From: an uncultured bacterium
Lineage (GTDB): Bacteria > DUMJ01
Length of the DNA: 37,678 bases
NCBI GenBank assembly: GCA_964655195.1
Contig: CAZZLK010000049.1
Location: 1-37,678, forward strand
Direction: 5' to 3'
Numbering within the stretch: position 1 is the first letter of the stretch; every line of letters begins with the position of its first letter. Below are positions 7,944 through 17,328 of the stretch, piece after piece. The position numbers were made by a program, and so were the translations under genes. The notes beneath the pieces were generated by a model, which searched no databases, was not told the DNA's origin, and saw only the letters and a list, made by a program, of their open reading frames with translations.

Positions 7944-8783
7944 CTAGGCCCTTCTACCATACATCCTTGGGTCTAAAGCGTCTCTTAAACCATCAGCAAC
8001 AAAGTTAAAGCATAAGACGGTTATTGCTAGCGAAAGGGTAGGGAAAAACCCCATATACCAATAACCCTGTAAGTAACCTAAACTCTCCTGTATCATCTTT
8101 CCCCAACTTGGCATAGGATCACTTATGCCAAATCCTAAGAAGCTCAAAGACGCCTCTCCAAATATAGCCTGAGGTATTCCTAAGCCTACCATAACTATTA
8201 TAGGACGGATAATATTGGGGAGGATCGTTTTAAACAGGATATAAGAATTAGAAGCACCTAAAGCTTCTACCGCCTCTACAAAAGTTTCTCCTTTTATCTC
8301 CAGCGTCTTTGCCCTCGTCACTCTACATATTCCAACCCAACTGGTAACCCCCAGGGCAATAATTATATTGATTAGTCCATTTCCAAGCCAGACCATAAGG
8401 AATATGGCGAATAACAACCCTGGAAATGCTGTCATAACCTCAACCAGTCTTGATATCCAATAGTCAACTTTACCACCATAAAAACCAGCCAAAAGGCCAA
8501 GAGGAACCCCAATTCCAACTGCAATGATCTGGACCGAAAATCCTACTATAAGAGACGTCCTCGCACCATATATTATACGGGTCATAAGGTCCCTTCCAAT
8601 ACTGTCGGTACCGAAAGGATGTTTAAAAGATGGGGGTTGTAAAAAACTGATAAGATCTATCTCATCATACTTATAAGGAGAGACTACATCGGCAAATATA
8701 GCGAGTATAACAATGATAGTGATTACAAAGAAGCCAAAAACTGCAAGCTTATTCTTCTTATAGACTCTTATTACGTCTCTCAT
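7944..8783 (-). CDS. ABC transporter permease, oligopeptide/dipeptide type (OppC/DppC-like)
   Basis: 279 aa, multi-TM, with an N-terminal OppC-type segment and a binding-protein-dependent transport signature region (ALGASNSYILFKTILPNI). Confidence 0.85.
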   Translation of the reverse strand: MRDVIRVYKKNKLAVFGFFVITIIVILAIFADVVSPYKYDEIDLISFLQPPSFKHPFGTDSIGRDLMTRIIYGARTSLIVGFSVQIIAVGIGVPLGLLAGFYGGKVDYWISRLVEVMTAFPGLLFAIFLMVWLGNGLINIIIALGVTSWVGICRVTRAKTLEIKGETFVEAVEALGASNSYILFKTILPNIIRPIIVMVGLGIPQAIFGEASLSFLGFGISDPMPSWGKMIQESLGYLQGYWYMGFFPTLSLAITVLCFNFVADGLRDALDPRMYGRRA

Positions 8784-8789
8784 AGTCTT

Positions 8790-9710
8790 CTATGTAAAGG
8801 TAATCCTGGGGTCTATCAGTGCATATACGATATCAGTGATCAGATATGTTATCCCCCAGAGAACCGCTATCAGAAGTATCATCGCTACTATCATAGGATA
8901 ATCCCTATTAAATGCGCTGGTGTAAAAGAATTTTCCCAATCCTGGAACTCTAAATGTAACCTCTATAAAGACTGAACCGGTGGCTAAGTCTGGAATCATA
9001 GGACCAAGAAGAGTTATTATGGGAACCAGGGCATTCCTAAATACATGTTTAAAAATAACTGTCCTTTCGGGAAGACCCTTTGCCCTTGCAGTCCTAACAT
9101 AGTCTTTTCTTAACTCCTCTAAAAAGTTCACCTTTACAAATCTAGCTATAACAGCGGTAGGAGCTAAAAAATATGCAAGCACAGGGAGGATGAGGTGCTT
9201 TGGCTCACCCCATCCTCCTGTCGGAAGCCATCTTAGGGTCACACTAAAGATTAACATTAGCCACACCGCAATGACAAAGTTAGGGACTGTTGTCCCTAAT
9301 GTGGCAAGAGTAGTTACCAGATAATCTATCCAGGTATTCTGCCTTAAAGCTGATAGGATACCTAGAAGAATCCCGATAGTAAATGAGAGCAGTATAGTGA
9401 TAGCTCCTATCTGTAATGTTACAGGCCAGACCCTAGCTATCAGGGATAAAACTGTCTCTGTTGGGCTCTGGAATGGAACCCCAAAGTCTCCATGAAGGGC
9501 TCTCCATATATACCTCAAATATTGTTCCCAGATGGGTTTATCAAGTCCATACTTCTTTAATATCTGAGCCTTTACCTCTGCCGGTAGAGGCATCTTTAGT
9601 TCATCAAAGGGTCCACCAGGGATGGCATGCATAAGAAAGAACGTTATCATTGAGGCTAGAAGTATGACAATAACCAATCCTAGGATTCTTCTAATTATGT
9701 ATCCTATCAT
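8790..9710 (-). CDS. ABC transporter permease, oligopeptide/dipeptide type (OppB/DppB-like)
   Basis: 306 aa. Starts MIGYIIRRILGLVIVILLASMITFFL, typical of the OppB/DppB family. Contains the EAA-like loop YVRTARAKGLPERTVIFKHVFRNAL. Confidence 0.88.
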   Translation of the reverse strand: MIGYIIRRILGLVIVILLASMITFFLMHAIPGGPFDELKMPLPAEVKAQILKKYGLDKPIWEQYLRYIWRALHGDFGVPFQSPTETVLSLIARVWPVTLQIGAITILLSFTIGILLGILSALRQNTWIDYLVTTLATLGTTVPNFVIAVWLMLIFSVTLRWLPTGGWGEPKHLILPVLAYFLAPTAVIARFVKVNFLEELRKDYVRTARAKGLPERTVIFKHVFRNALVPIITLLGPMIPDLATGSVFIEVTFRVPGLGKFFYTSAFNRDYPMIVAMILLIAVLWGITYLITDIVYALIDPRITFT

Positions 9711-9720
9711 AGATCTCTAG

Positions 9721-11430
9721 CTACTTCCTGTACTTCAATACATCTTTTGATATATAGATACTGAATATTGTTGTGCCTACGCCCTCTATACCGGGCCAGT
9801 GTAGAGCAGTTATACCATACTTGTCTGGTTCGAGGTCTTTGCCCTTTACATATGGTTTCCATAGAGCACCTGGTGTCTGATGCCAGAGGAATATACCACC
9901 AACATCCTCTACTAGGATCTTTTCTGCTTCCTTAAACATCTCATCTCTCTTCTTCTTATCGAGCAATGCAGAAGCTTCTTTTACAAGCCTGTCAAATCTA
10001 TCATTCTTCCAGGCATGTCTGCCTGTAGATACCCAGATACCAAGCATATTGGACTGATCCAGATAGTCCATACCATAGGAGACCAGATAGAACTGGAGCT
10101 TATGAGCGTTAAGGGCATCCATAAATGTCTTCGTCTCTTTAACTGTAATCTTAACATCAATGCCCAGGTTCTTCTTTAACATAGCCCCTATAGCATTGGC
10201 AGCAGCTACAACTGTAGGAGAGGCAAGATCAGCCCTTACCCACATATCTAAAGCAGGGAATCCCTTTCCATCTGGATAACCTGCCTCTGCAAGTAACTTT
10301 TTGGCTAGTTCTGGATTATAGGTAATGATATTTTTGAGGCCTTCAGGATTTGAACCGGGGAACCCTGGCATCAAGAATCCATAAGCTACGATACCTTGTT
10401 TTTTGATAATAGTATTGACTATTGCCTCTTTATCAATGGCATGGGCAAAAGCTCTCCTGACTCTAAGGTCATTGAACGGAGGATTATAACAATCAAAGCC
10501 TAGGTAGAATGTCCTGAAATCTCCAAAACCCTGATGGAACTGCTTAGATAGTTCTGGATCCTTCTCTATAACCTCCAGATCTGCAGGGGTAAATATCTGA
10601 GAATTACTGTAACCACAGATATCTATCTCACCTGCCAGGTATGCCTTAAAGGCCGATGTTCCAGGATCTCCAAATGTCACTATAATCTTTTCTAGATATG
10701 GCTTTACTCTACCACCATAGTTCTTGTTGATCCTGAAGACTATCTGCTTATCCTTAGTCCATTCTTCCAATACATAGGGTCCGCAAGAGACAGATGTCTT
10801 TGGATCATTATTATAGTATGGGCCATACTTCTCGTAAGCCTTCTTGCTCAATGGTGTAGAGTAAAGCATCATCATTGGAAGATATGGTGCAGGGTATTCA
10901 GTAGTTATCACCAGAGTATACGGGTCCTTACCCTGTTTTACTCCAATTGCAGAAGGAGGTACCTCTCCTCTCACTGCCTTGTCCCAATTCTTTATTGGGC
11001 TGTAGAACCAGGCAAAGTCCCACCCATGTTTTGGATCAGCTGCTAACTGGAAGCTAAAGACAAAATCTTCTGCTGTTAATGGGGTTCCATCTGTCCACTT
11101 TATATTCTTGTCCAGATAGAAAGTCCAAGTAAGACCATCCTTGGATACGCTCCAACTCTTGGCAGCTGCCGGGACTATCTCAAAGTTCTTATTCAGTCTC
11201 ACTAGCGGTTCCCCAAAGTAGTTGTTTGCCTCATTTGTCCTCTTATAAACGCTTATGAACCAGTCTAGTGTGGTGGCAGGTTGGCTCATCACCCTCAAGA
11301 CCTGGTACTCCAGTGGTGCAGCATCTGGGGGTAAGACTCTTCCTGCCGAGTTCTTCACAGCAGAAAAGGCTGGACTCAGGCTGAGAGCCATCACTAAAAC
11401 CAACAGAGAAACTACAAATCGCCTACTCAT
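9721..11430 (-). CDS. ABC transporter substrate-binding protein, family 5 (peptide/nickel type)
   Basis: 569 aa. The signal peptide MSRRFVVSLLVLVMALSLSPAFSA has no lipobox Cys. It is the first gene of the binding protein-permease-permease operon, with GAGGAGGAG upstream. Confidence 0.85.
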   Translation of the reverse strand: MSRRFVVSLLVLVMALSLSPAFSAVKNSAGRVLPPDAAPLEYQVLRVMSQPATTLDWFISVYKRTNEANNYFGEPLVRLNKNFEIVPAAAKSWSVSKDGLTWTFYLDKNIKWTDGTPLTAEDFVFSFQLAADPKHGWDFAWFYSPIKNWDKAVRGEVPPSAIGVKQGKDPYTLVITTEYPAPYLPMMMLYSTPLSKKAYEKYGPYYNNDPKTSVSCGPYVLEEWTKDKQIVFRINKNYGGRVKPYLEKIIVTFGDPGTSAFKAYLAGEIDICGYSNSQIFTPADLEVIEKDPELSKQFHQGFGDFRTFYLGFDCYNPPFNDLRVRRAFAHAIDKEAIVNTIIKKQGIVAYGFLMPGFPGSNPEGLKNIITYNPELAKKLLAEAGYPDGKGFPALDMWVRADLASPTVVAAANAIGAMLKKNLGIDVKITVKETKTFMDALNAHKLQFYLVSYGMDYLDQSNMLGIWVSTGRHAWKNDRFDRLVKEASALLDKKKRDEMFKEAEKILVEDVGGIFLWHQTPGALWKPYVKGKDLEPDKYGITALHWPGIEGVGTTIFSIYISKDVLKYRK

Positions 11431-11472
11431 AATATCATCTCCTCCTCTCTTTTTATTTTTTAATTACCATAA

Positions 11473-11500
11473 ATTATATCAGAAGAAATTTAACATACAA
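11473..11500 (-). promoter_or_regulatory. Putative promoter of the peptide ABC operon (TTGTAT, 16 nt, extended -10 TGATATAAT on minus strand)
   Basis: Reverse complement of 11473-11500 reads TTGTAT-16 nt-TATAAT, with TG one base upstream of the -10. About 36 nt of leader contains the SD. Confidence 0.45.
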
Positions 11501-11518
11501 TAGTATTTTGAATGATTA

Positions 11519-12796
11519 TTATCTAAACCTCTTTCCAAATCTCAATTTCATAGTCAGAACTCTATCGGTAGAGAAGATCCTCCCGGCAATAAAGACCAGT
11601 ATCACAAAGACAACCAGCATATACAGAATCCCATATAGAACTACCACATAATTTCCAAACATAAGATTCTGAGAGGCAAGGAAGGGATGAGTAAATGGTA
11701 TGGCTAATACCATAACCTTTAATGGGAATTCAAGAGAGTTTATATCTGAAAGTATCGTGAGAAAATATGGTATTAAGACCAGGAATACCAATGGAAATGA
11801 TGCGCTTTGAGCACTTTTTAAATCCTCTGTCAGAACCCCAAGGATGGTAGCCAGAGCCAATGCGCACAGTATTGCCAGAAACAGTGAGATGCCCAGAAGT
11901 ATATAACTATCGGCTGTAAATCTCAGATTCAGTTTCTGTACAACTTCATTAACCTGGGCATTTGAGATATTCCCCATAAAACCTCCCATATAAAACCTAA
12001 AACCAACCATATATATCCCGGCAGAGACCAATCCAACTATGCCAGAGGCGAGCATCTTGGCTATAACTATATGGTTTCTACTTATGGGAACAGTAAGGAG
12101 TGTCTCTAAAGTCTTATCCTGCTTCTCCATAGCTATTGCTGAAAGGACCATCTGAGAAGAAAAGACTATTATCATCATAAGTATAATTGGTACAAAGATG
12201 GATTGAGAGTATACAAAGTTATTTACATCAGTTATAGAACCTTCAGCTATTCTGTCCTTAACCACTATAAAATTTCTATTCTTTATGGGATTTTTTATTA
12301 TCTTAGGGCTAAGATCAGGGAGTTTAGTCTTCAGTATATTATCTGAGAGGTAATTATTTATTGAGACTATTATCTGATTGAGTATCTCAGAGTTTATAGA
12401 AGAACTCATAGAGAAACTACGGATAAAAGAATAAGTCTCTATCTCCTTTGGCTGGAAACTTGAAACTGACGAAGCAAAACCCTTAGGGATAATTAATAGA
12501 AGTGATATTTTACTATCCTTTCTTACCAGGTCAATTGCAAGATCTTTATCTCTGAGGCTAACCTGGTTTATTCTGAAATTTGCAAAGGCAAGATTCCTCA
12601 ATATTTCTCCAGAGAGATCTGATTCATCAAGGTCAAGAACGTATATATCCTTAACTCCTTGGACCTTACCCATCTCAGATCTTGCTATATTTCCTATAAA
12701 ATAGAAGAGTACAAGGGTAAGAATTAGAGATGCTATAAGCTGACGTGTAATTAATTCTTTTATCTCTTTTTTCAAAAGATTGGCAAACTTCTTCAT
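11519..12796 (-). CDS. ABC-2 type transporter permease (NatB-like, large extracytoplasmic loop)
   Basis: 425 aa with one N-terminal TM helix, a loop of about 150 aa and then 5 TM helices. ATGA-type overlap with the upstream ATPase gene. Confidence 0.7.
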   Translation of the reverse strand: MKKFANLLKKEIKELITRQLIASLILTLVLFYFIGNIARSEMGKVQGVKDIYVLDLDESDLSGEILRNLAFANFRINQVSLRDKDLAIDLVRKDSKISLLLIIPKGFASSVSSFQPKEIETYSFIRSFSMSSSINSEILNQIIVSINNYLSDNILKTKLPDLSPKIIKNPIKNRNFIVVKDRIAEGSITDVNNFVYSQSIFVPIILMMIIVFSSQMVLSAIAMEKQDKTLETLLTVPISRNHIVIAKMLASGIVGLVSAGIYMVGFRFYMGGFMGNISNAQVNEVVQKLNLRFTADSYILLGISLFLAILCALALATILGVLTEDLKSAQSASFPLVFLVLIPYFLTILSDINSLEFPLKVMVLAIPFTHPFLASQNLMFGNYVVVLYGILYMLVVFVILVFIAGRIFSTDRVLTMKLRFGKRFR

Positions 12797-13515
12797 CCTA
12801 CTATCCTCCTAAATACCTCCTCAAGATTCCGTGAAGAGTACTTATCCTTCAGTTCTTGAGGGGTACCAGTTTCTAAAATCACACCATTATCTATAATAGC
12901 TACCCTATCAGACAAGAATTCTATCTCCAGCATATTATGCGAAGAGAGTAGGACAGAAACCCCTTCTCTCACAAAATTCTTTATAATCTCTCTGACCTCT
13001 AAAGAGTTTATTACGTCTAACCCGGATGTAGGTTCGTCTAATATAGCAAGAGTAGGCTTAATCATCAATGTTCTTGCTAACAGTAACTTTCTCACCATAC
13101 CCTTACTGTAAGTCCCAACCTTATCTTTCAACCTCTCCCCAAGATCTGCAATCTCCTCTCCCCTTTTAACAAACTCCTCCACTTCCCTCTCATTTCTCGC
13201 ATAGAAATTAGCCATAAATCTCAGATACTCTATACCAGTCAGATTCTTGTAGGCACCAGCCTCCTCAGGAAGATAACTTATCATCTCTCTAATCTTCTCA
13301 GGTTCCTTTTTCACATCATATCCTACAAGTTCTACGCTACCCTCGTCAGGAGAAAGAAGGGTGGCAATAATTCTTAGAGTAGTAGTTTTACCCGCCCCAT
13401 TAGGTCCTATAAGAGCAAAGATCTCACCCTCTTTTACATCAAAATCTATCCCTTTCAGGGCATAGATTCTGCCATATGTTTTCTTTAAATTTCTTACTTT
13501 AAGTATTGTTTCCAT
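12793..13515 (-). CDS. ABC transporter ATP-binding protein
   Basis: Walker A GPNGAGKTTT, signature YSKGMVRKLLLA, Walker B LAILDEPTSGLD. Start placed at ATG 13515 (METILKV...) because AGGAGG lies 8 nt upstream. The tracked start at 13641 would overlap the divergent gene. Confidence 0.88.
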   Translation of the reverse strand: METILKVRNLKKTYGRIYALKGIDFDVKEGEIFALIGPNGAGKTTTLRIIATLLSPDEGSVELVGYDVKKEPEKIREMISYLPEEAGAYKNLTGIEYLRFMANFYARNEREVEEFVKRGEEIADLGERLKDKVGTYSKGMVRKLLLARTLMIKPTLAILDEPTSGLDVINSLEVREIIKNFVREGVSVLLSSHNMLEIEFLSDRVAIIDNGVILETGTPQELKDKYSSRNLEEVFRRIVG

Positions 13516-13537
13516 AGAATACTCCTCCTTGGAGTCC

Positions 13538-13562
13538 ATTCTATCATAGATTATGTTAGAAT
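13538..13562. promoter_or_regulatory. Back-to-back divergent extended -10 elements (TGATAGAAT minus strand; TGTTAGAAT plus strand)
   Basis: Plus-strand ATTCTATCA (13538-13546) is TGATAGAAT on the minus strand. TGTTAGAAT lies at 13554-13562. Each is about 16-18 nt upstream of the SD/ATG of the gene it faces. Confidence 0.45.
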
Positions 13563-13586
13563 AAAAGAAAAAACAGGAGGGACTAT

Positions 13587-14333
13587 ATGGCAAAAATACC
13601 AATAGCTCTACAGTTGTATTCGGTAAGAGAAGATTGTGCAAAAGACTTTATTGGAACGATTAAGGCGGTTTCTCAAATGGGGTACGAGGGGGTAGAATTT
13701 GCTGGATATTATAATCTGGAGGCGAAAGAGATCAAGAAGATACTAGATGACTTCAATCTAAAGGTGGCTGGATCTCATCTTGGAATCAATACATTGTTGG
13801 GTGACGAGTTGAAAAAGACAGTGGAGTTTAATTCTATCCTGGGCAATAAGTTCCTTGTAGTTCCTGCACTACCTCCGGAATACACAAAGACAAAGGAAGG
13901 ATGGCTAAAGGTTGCAGAGTTACTAGCAGATATATCAGAGAAGGTAAAACCCTACGGGATGAGGGTCGGATACCACAACCATGATATAGAATTTAGACCT
14001 ATAGATGGGGAAATCCCCTGGGACTTGCTCTTTCAAAACACCAGTAGAGATGTGATTATGCAGTTAGATATAGGAAATGCTATGCATGGATCAGCAAATC
14101 CTATAGAGATACTAAAGAGGTATCCAGGACGTGCAATTACGGTTCATCTGAAGGAATATCCATTCACCGCTCCAGCTATAGGTGAAGGAGAAGTAAAATG
14201 GGAGGATATATTCAACCTGTGCGAAACTATAGGAGGTACTGAATGGTATATAGTAGAGTATGAAACCCCAGGGCGTCCTCCACTTGAATCAGTCAGACGA
14301 TGTATAGAAAATTTAAGAAAAATGGGCAAATAA
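13587..14333 (+). CDS. Sugar phosphate isomerase/epimerase (xylose isomerase-like TIM barrel)
   Basis: AGGAGGG 5 nt upstream. 248 aa with blocks YEGVEFAG, GYHNHDIEF and EYETPG typical of the superfamily. Confidence 0.7.
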   Translation: MAKIPIALQLYSVREDCAKDFIGTIKAVSQMGYEGVEFAGYYNLEAKEIKKILDDFNLKVAGSHLGINTLLGDELKKTVEFNSILGNKFLVVPALPPEYTKTKEGWLKVAELLADISEKVKPYGMRVGYHNHDIEFRPIDGEIPWDLLFQNTSRDVIMQLDIGNAMHGSANPIEILKRYPGRAITVHLKEYPFTAPAIGEGEVKWEDIFNLCETIGGTEWYIVEYETPGRPPLESVRRCIENLRKMGK

Positions 14334-14349
14334 CTTACTATAAAAACAG

Positions 14350-14373
14350 AAGGGGCAGGTAGTCCTGCCCCTT
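14350..14373. terminator. Bidirectional intrinsic terminator hairpin between convergent genes
   Basis: AAGGGGCAGG-tagt-CCTGCCCCTT forms a 10-bp GC-rich stem. On the minus strand it is followed by CTGTTTTTA, and on the plus strand by TTTAACTT. Confidence 0.7.
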
Positions 14374-14377
14374 TAAC

Positions 14378-15532
14378 TTACGCTAGAAATGTAAGTTTTG
14401 TCCTCTTAGGAGGCTCTTGATTACCCTCTCTATACTCTTTACCTATAAGTTCACACTTTTTCATCCTGTAGTATCTATAGTTCTCCCAGGAGACGTCGGG
14501 AGGAACCCTGTGATCTGTATGTGGAATGAATCCTCCCCTCTTAAGTAATGGAGTTATCCTTTCAAACTCTTTGTCTATAGCCTCCTTTCCTGCTATGAGT
14601 GCTCTTTTATCAAAGTAACCTCTTAAAGCTACTTTCTTACCAAACTCATCGGCAATCTTATACGCATCTGTGTGAGCTGCCTCAAGAGGAAACATAACAT
14701 TTATTCCTCCCTCTAACCATAAGCCAACAAGCTGATGTATATTGCCATCACAGTCCAACATATGGAATTCACATCCGCACTCATTCCTCAGGAAATCAGT
14801 AACCCTTTTATAACGGGGAACCATAAGTTTCTTAAACATAGCCGGAGAGATAAGAGGACCCTGTCTATAACACATATCTTCCCACCATAATCCCATATCT
14901 ATCTTGCACTTTCCAGCTATCTTCTCATAAACCTTAAGCATAAGCATAGTCAAATGTTCCATCATCTCCTCTACCCACTCAGGGTCATCATAGAGCGTTA
15001 CAGAAAGTCTCTCTACCCCCATCCAGTTTCTCAACCAACCATACAGGGAGCCACAGTTAATGAATATAGGATAATCAGCATCAAATGTAAGTTTACATAG
15101 CTCATCTATATTTTCTGGAACTCTCCTGGGGTCATCGGGGTTTAATCTCTCGTCTCTGATTTTCTCCCAGTCCTTTCTGGTCTCTATGGCGAATCTTAAA
15201 TACTTTGGTATTGATGCCCCATACTCTGGTTTCATTACCTCTGCTATAGCACCATCTCCATCCTGAACTATAAGATGGGTCTCCTTCTCTTCAAGGACCT
15301 TATATTCAAAACCTGGTAATAGCCCTGTCCGTACATATGGCATAGGGCCATATTCTGTATTATCTGTGTGAAAATAGTAGTCTATCGCTGCATCTGTACC
15401 TACATATTCTTTTGGTAACCCTTCATTATGCCATCTTTCTATGGTCTGCTCCCATGCTCCAAACTCAAAATCAGGGACTCTATCAACAGTCTCTCCCTTA
15501 AGGCATCTCAGTAGTCTTTCTCTATGAGTCAT
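14378..15532 (-). CDS. Uroporphyrinogen decarboxylase (URO-D) family protein, function unknown
   Basis: 384 aa. The N-terminus MTHRERLLRCLKGETVDRVP resembles URO-D/MtaA-like family proteins. No corrinoid or heme genes are adjacent. Confidence 0.55.
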   Translation of the reverse strand: MTHRERLLRCLKGETVDRVPDFEFGAWEQTIERWHNEGLPKEYVGTDAAIDYYFHTDNTEYGPMPYVRTGLLPGFEYKVLEEKETHLIVQDGDGAIAEVMKPEYGASIPKYLRFAIETRKDWEKIRDERLNPDDPRRVPENIDELCKLTFDADYPIFINCGSLYGWLRNWMGVERLSVTLYDDPEWVEEMMEHLTMLMLKVYEKIAGKCKIDMGLWWEDMCYRQGPLISPAMFKKLMVPRYKRVTDFLRNECGCEFHMLDCDGNIHQLVGLWLEGGINVMFPLEAAHTDAYKIADEFGKKVALRGYFDKRALIAGKEAIDKEFERITPLLKRGGFIPHTDHRVPPDVSWENYRYYRMKKCELIGKEYREGNQEPPKRTKLTFLA

Positions 15533-15582
15533 CTTCTCTCCTCCACCTTTCTAGAGTTTTAGAGAAATTATATATTTAAAAA

Positions 15583-15611
15583 GGAGGAAATACAAGTTTA
15601 AAGTTTCCTCC
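15583..15611 (-). terminator. Intrinsic terminator after the TIM-barrel gene (minus strand)
   Basis: On the minus strand it reads GGAGGAAA-13 nt loop-TTTCCTCC followed by TTTTTAAATATA. Confidence 0.6.
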
Positions 15612-15640
15612 AAGTATAATATAGGCAAATTTTGTATGAG

Positions 15641-16594
15641 TTAAAATTTGCCCCTTTCCTTTATCAGTGAAGCCAGATATTTTGCGATTCTAAGACTCTC
15701 AGCATATTCATCTTTATACCTTGGATTAAGCTCAATGGTCATAAATGCTTGAGATATCTCAAGGCTCTTAAAGATCTCCTCTAATGGAAGTCTCCCCCAA
15801 CCCAAGGGAAGATGGAGGTCATCCAGTCCATAAATAACTTGAAAGATATACGGAAGATCTTCTTCCACATCGTTTGGTATTCCAAAAGAGTCATATATAT
15901 GTAGGCTATTTATATATGGGGATGCAAGCTTTATTGAAGAGAAATAGTCAAAGCCAAAATAGGTTGATGCCACCTTTGCATGCCCAAAGTCAAAAGTAAT
16001 GCCAACATTCGGCCTTGCTATCTTTACCACCTGATCCACTAGCTTATCTATAAAGGCACTATAGGCATATGTCTTTCCAAAAGCTATATTAGAGTCTATA
16101 TCAGCATTTTCAACTCCTATGAGGATATTAGCTCTAGAAGCTAAATCAGAAAATTCTCTCAGCAGTTCTCTTTCCATAGCCTTCAAATCTTCAAGCCGAG
16201 CCTCGTCTTTGGCACAATCTACCGGTACTCTTCCAGCATGGTAAACTAAAAGTCTCCCCCCGATCTCATAGGTAAACTCTAACGATGCCCTAAAGACTGA
16301 CCTGTGTAAGTTAGTATTTTTAATATCCATCAGGTTAAGGGGATCTGGGGCGTGGACTGTATAATTCAATGTAAACTTTTGAAGAATGCTCTTAATCCTC
16401 TCTAACCTCTTCTTATTGATACTTCCCCCTATGATCACATCTAATCCATGAGGGGGAATTTCCACATGGTTGAAACCTATAGACTCAAAATATGTCAATG
16501 AGTCCTCCAACCGCTTCAAATCTCCTTCCCACATCAAGGGATGTCCATTTATCCCTATACTTTTAATAGGGCTGTTAGAAGATGCAATTTCCAT
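15641..16594 (-). CDS. Sugar phosphate isomerase/epimerase (xylose isomerase-like TIM barrel)
   Basis: 317 aa with GGAGGA upstream. Blocks FNHVEIPPHG, LLVYHAG, IGVEN and FDFGHA are typical of the superfamily. Last gene of a three-gene operon. Confidence 0.65.
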   Translation of the reverse strand: MEIASSNSPIKSIGINGHPLMWEGDLKRLEDSLTYFESIGFNHVEIPPHGLDVIIGGSINKKRLERIKSILQKFTLNYTVHAPDPLNLMDIKNTNLHRSVFRASLEFTYEIGGRLLVYHAGRVPVDCAKDEARLEDLKAMERELLREFSDLASRANILIGVENADIDSNIAFGKTYAYSAFIDKLVDQVVKIARPNVGITFDFGHAKVASTYFGFDYFSSIKLASPYINSLHIYDSFGIPNDVEEDLPYIFQVIYGLDDLHLPLGWGRLPLEEIFKSLEISQAFMTIELNPRYKDEYAESLRIAKYLASLIKERGKF

Positions 16595-16611
16595 ATCTTA
16601 TATCCTCCTGA

Positions 16612-17292
16612 TCAGTCTTCCAGGAAAGATTTATCTAAGTCTCCGTCATTTGAATAGCCTCTACTCTCCCAAAAGCCTCTGAAATTAACGTCTGAACTTA
16701 ACTCAATCTTATTAACCCATTTTGCCCACTTGTATCCCCACTTATCTTCAGCCACAAGCTGAAATGGAAATCCGATCTCCTTAGGCAAAGTTACACCATT
16801 TATCTTATACGCTAGGATGATATCATTTTTCAAAAAGTACTCTACTGGCAGTGATGTGGTATAACCATCGATCGAGTGTAGTATAACTATCTTATCATTT
16901 TCTGTTATACCAACATCCTGAAGGATTTCTCTCATTAATACACCTTCATAAAGTACCCTAACACTCCAGCCTTCAACGCAATAAAGACTAACAACCTTCT
17001 TCATCGAAGTGAACTTTCCCAAGACCTCTTCATATTTGTAAGATTTACTATTACCAACTGAGTTGACAACTTCAAGCCTATAGGAATCAAGATCGACATC
17101 TGGTGCTCCAGATATCGAATTTTCCCTAAAGGCAGATATAGATGAAAGTTTTTCCCCATTGTATTCTCTTAGTTCTCCTTCCATAGCCACCTCCTTAAGA
17201 TTCTTCTGACCAAAACAATCAAATATCAAACAGACCAGAAGCAAAACTGAGACAGCTATAAAAGAAAAGATCACTATACTCTTGTTATTCAT
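16612..17292 (-). CDS. Membrane-anchored molybdopterin-dependent oxidoreductase domain protein (sulfite oxidase/MsrP-YedY superfamily)
   Basis: N-terminal TM helix IVIFSFIAVSVLLLVCLIF. Also YCVEGWS (candidate Mo-ligand Cys block) and GFPFQLVAEDKWGYKWAKWVNKIEL, typical of the oxidoreductase molybdopterin-binding domain. Confidence 0.65.
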   Translation of the reverse strand: MNNKSIVIFSFIAVSVLLLVCLIFDCFGQKNLKEVAMEGELREYNGEKLSSISAFRENSISGAPDVDLDSYRLEVVNSVGNSKSYKYEEVLGKFTSMKKVVSLYCVEGWSVRVLYEGVLMREILQDVGITENDKIVILHSIDGYTTSLPVEYFLKNDIILAYKINGVTLPKEIGFPFQLVAEDKWGYKWAKWVNKIELSSDVNFRGFWESRGYSNDGDLDKSFLED

Positions 17293-17328
17293 TTTAATCT
17301 CCAGAAGATGTATATTATTCTTGTAGCA

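Noticed and set aside
13538-13562. Inverted repeat ATTCTA...TAGAAT that resembles the half-sites of the AATTCTATATAGAATT operator at 30010-30025, hinting at a shared regulator.
   Set aside because: The arm spacing differs (13 nt versus 2 nt between ATTCTA and TAGAAT). The two arms are fully explained as divergent extended -10 boxes. The similarity is likely chance in AT-rich promoter DNA.
13516-13641. 42-codon N-terminal extension of the ABC ATPase in the ORF track (start at 13641).
   Set aside because: The extension overlaps the divergent TIM-barrel gene and its promoter. It has no SD and reads as hydrophobic nonsense. ATG 13515 has AGGAGG 8 nt upstream and gives a normal ABC ATPase N-terminus.
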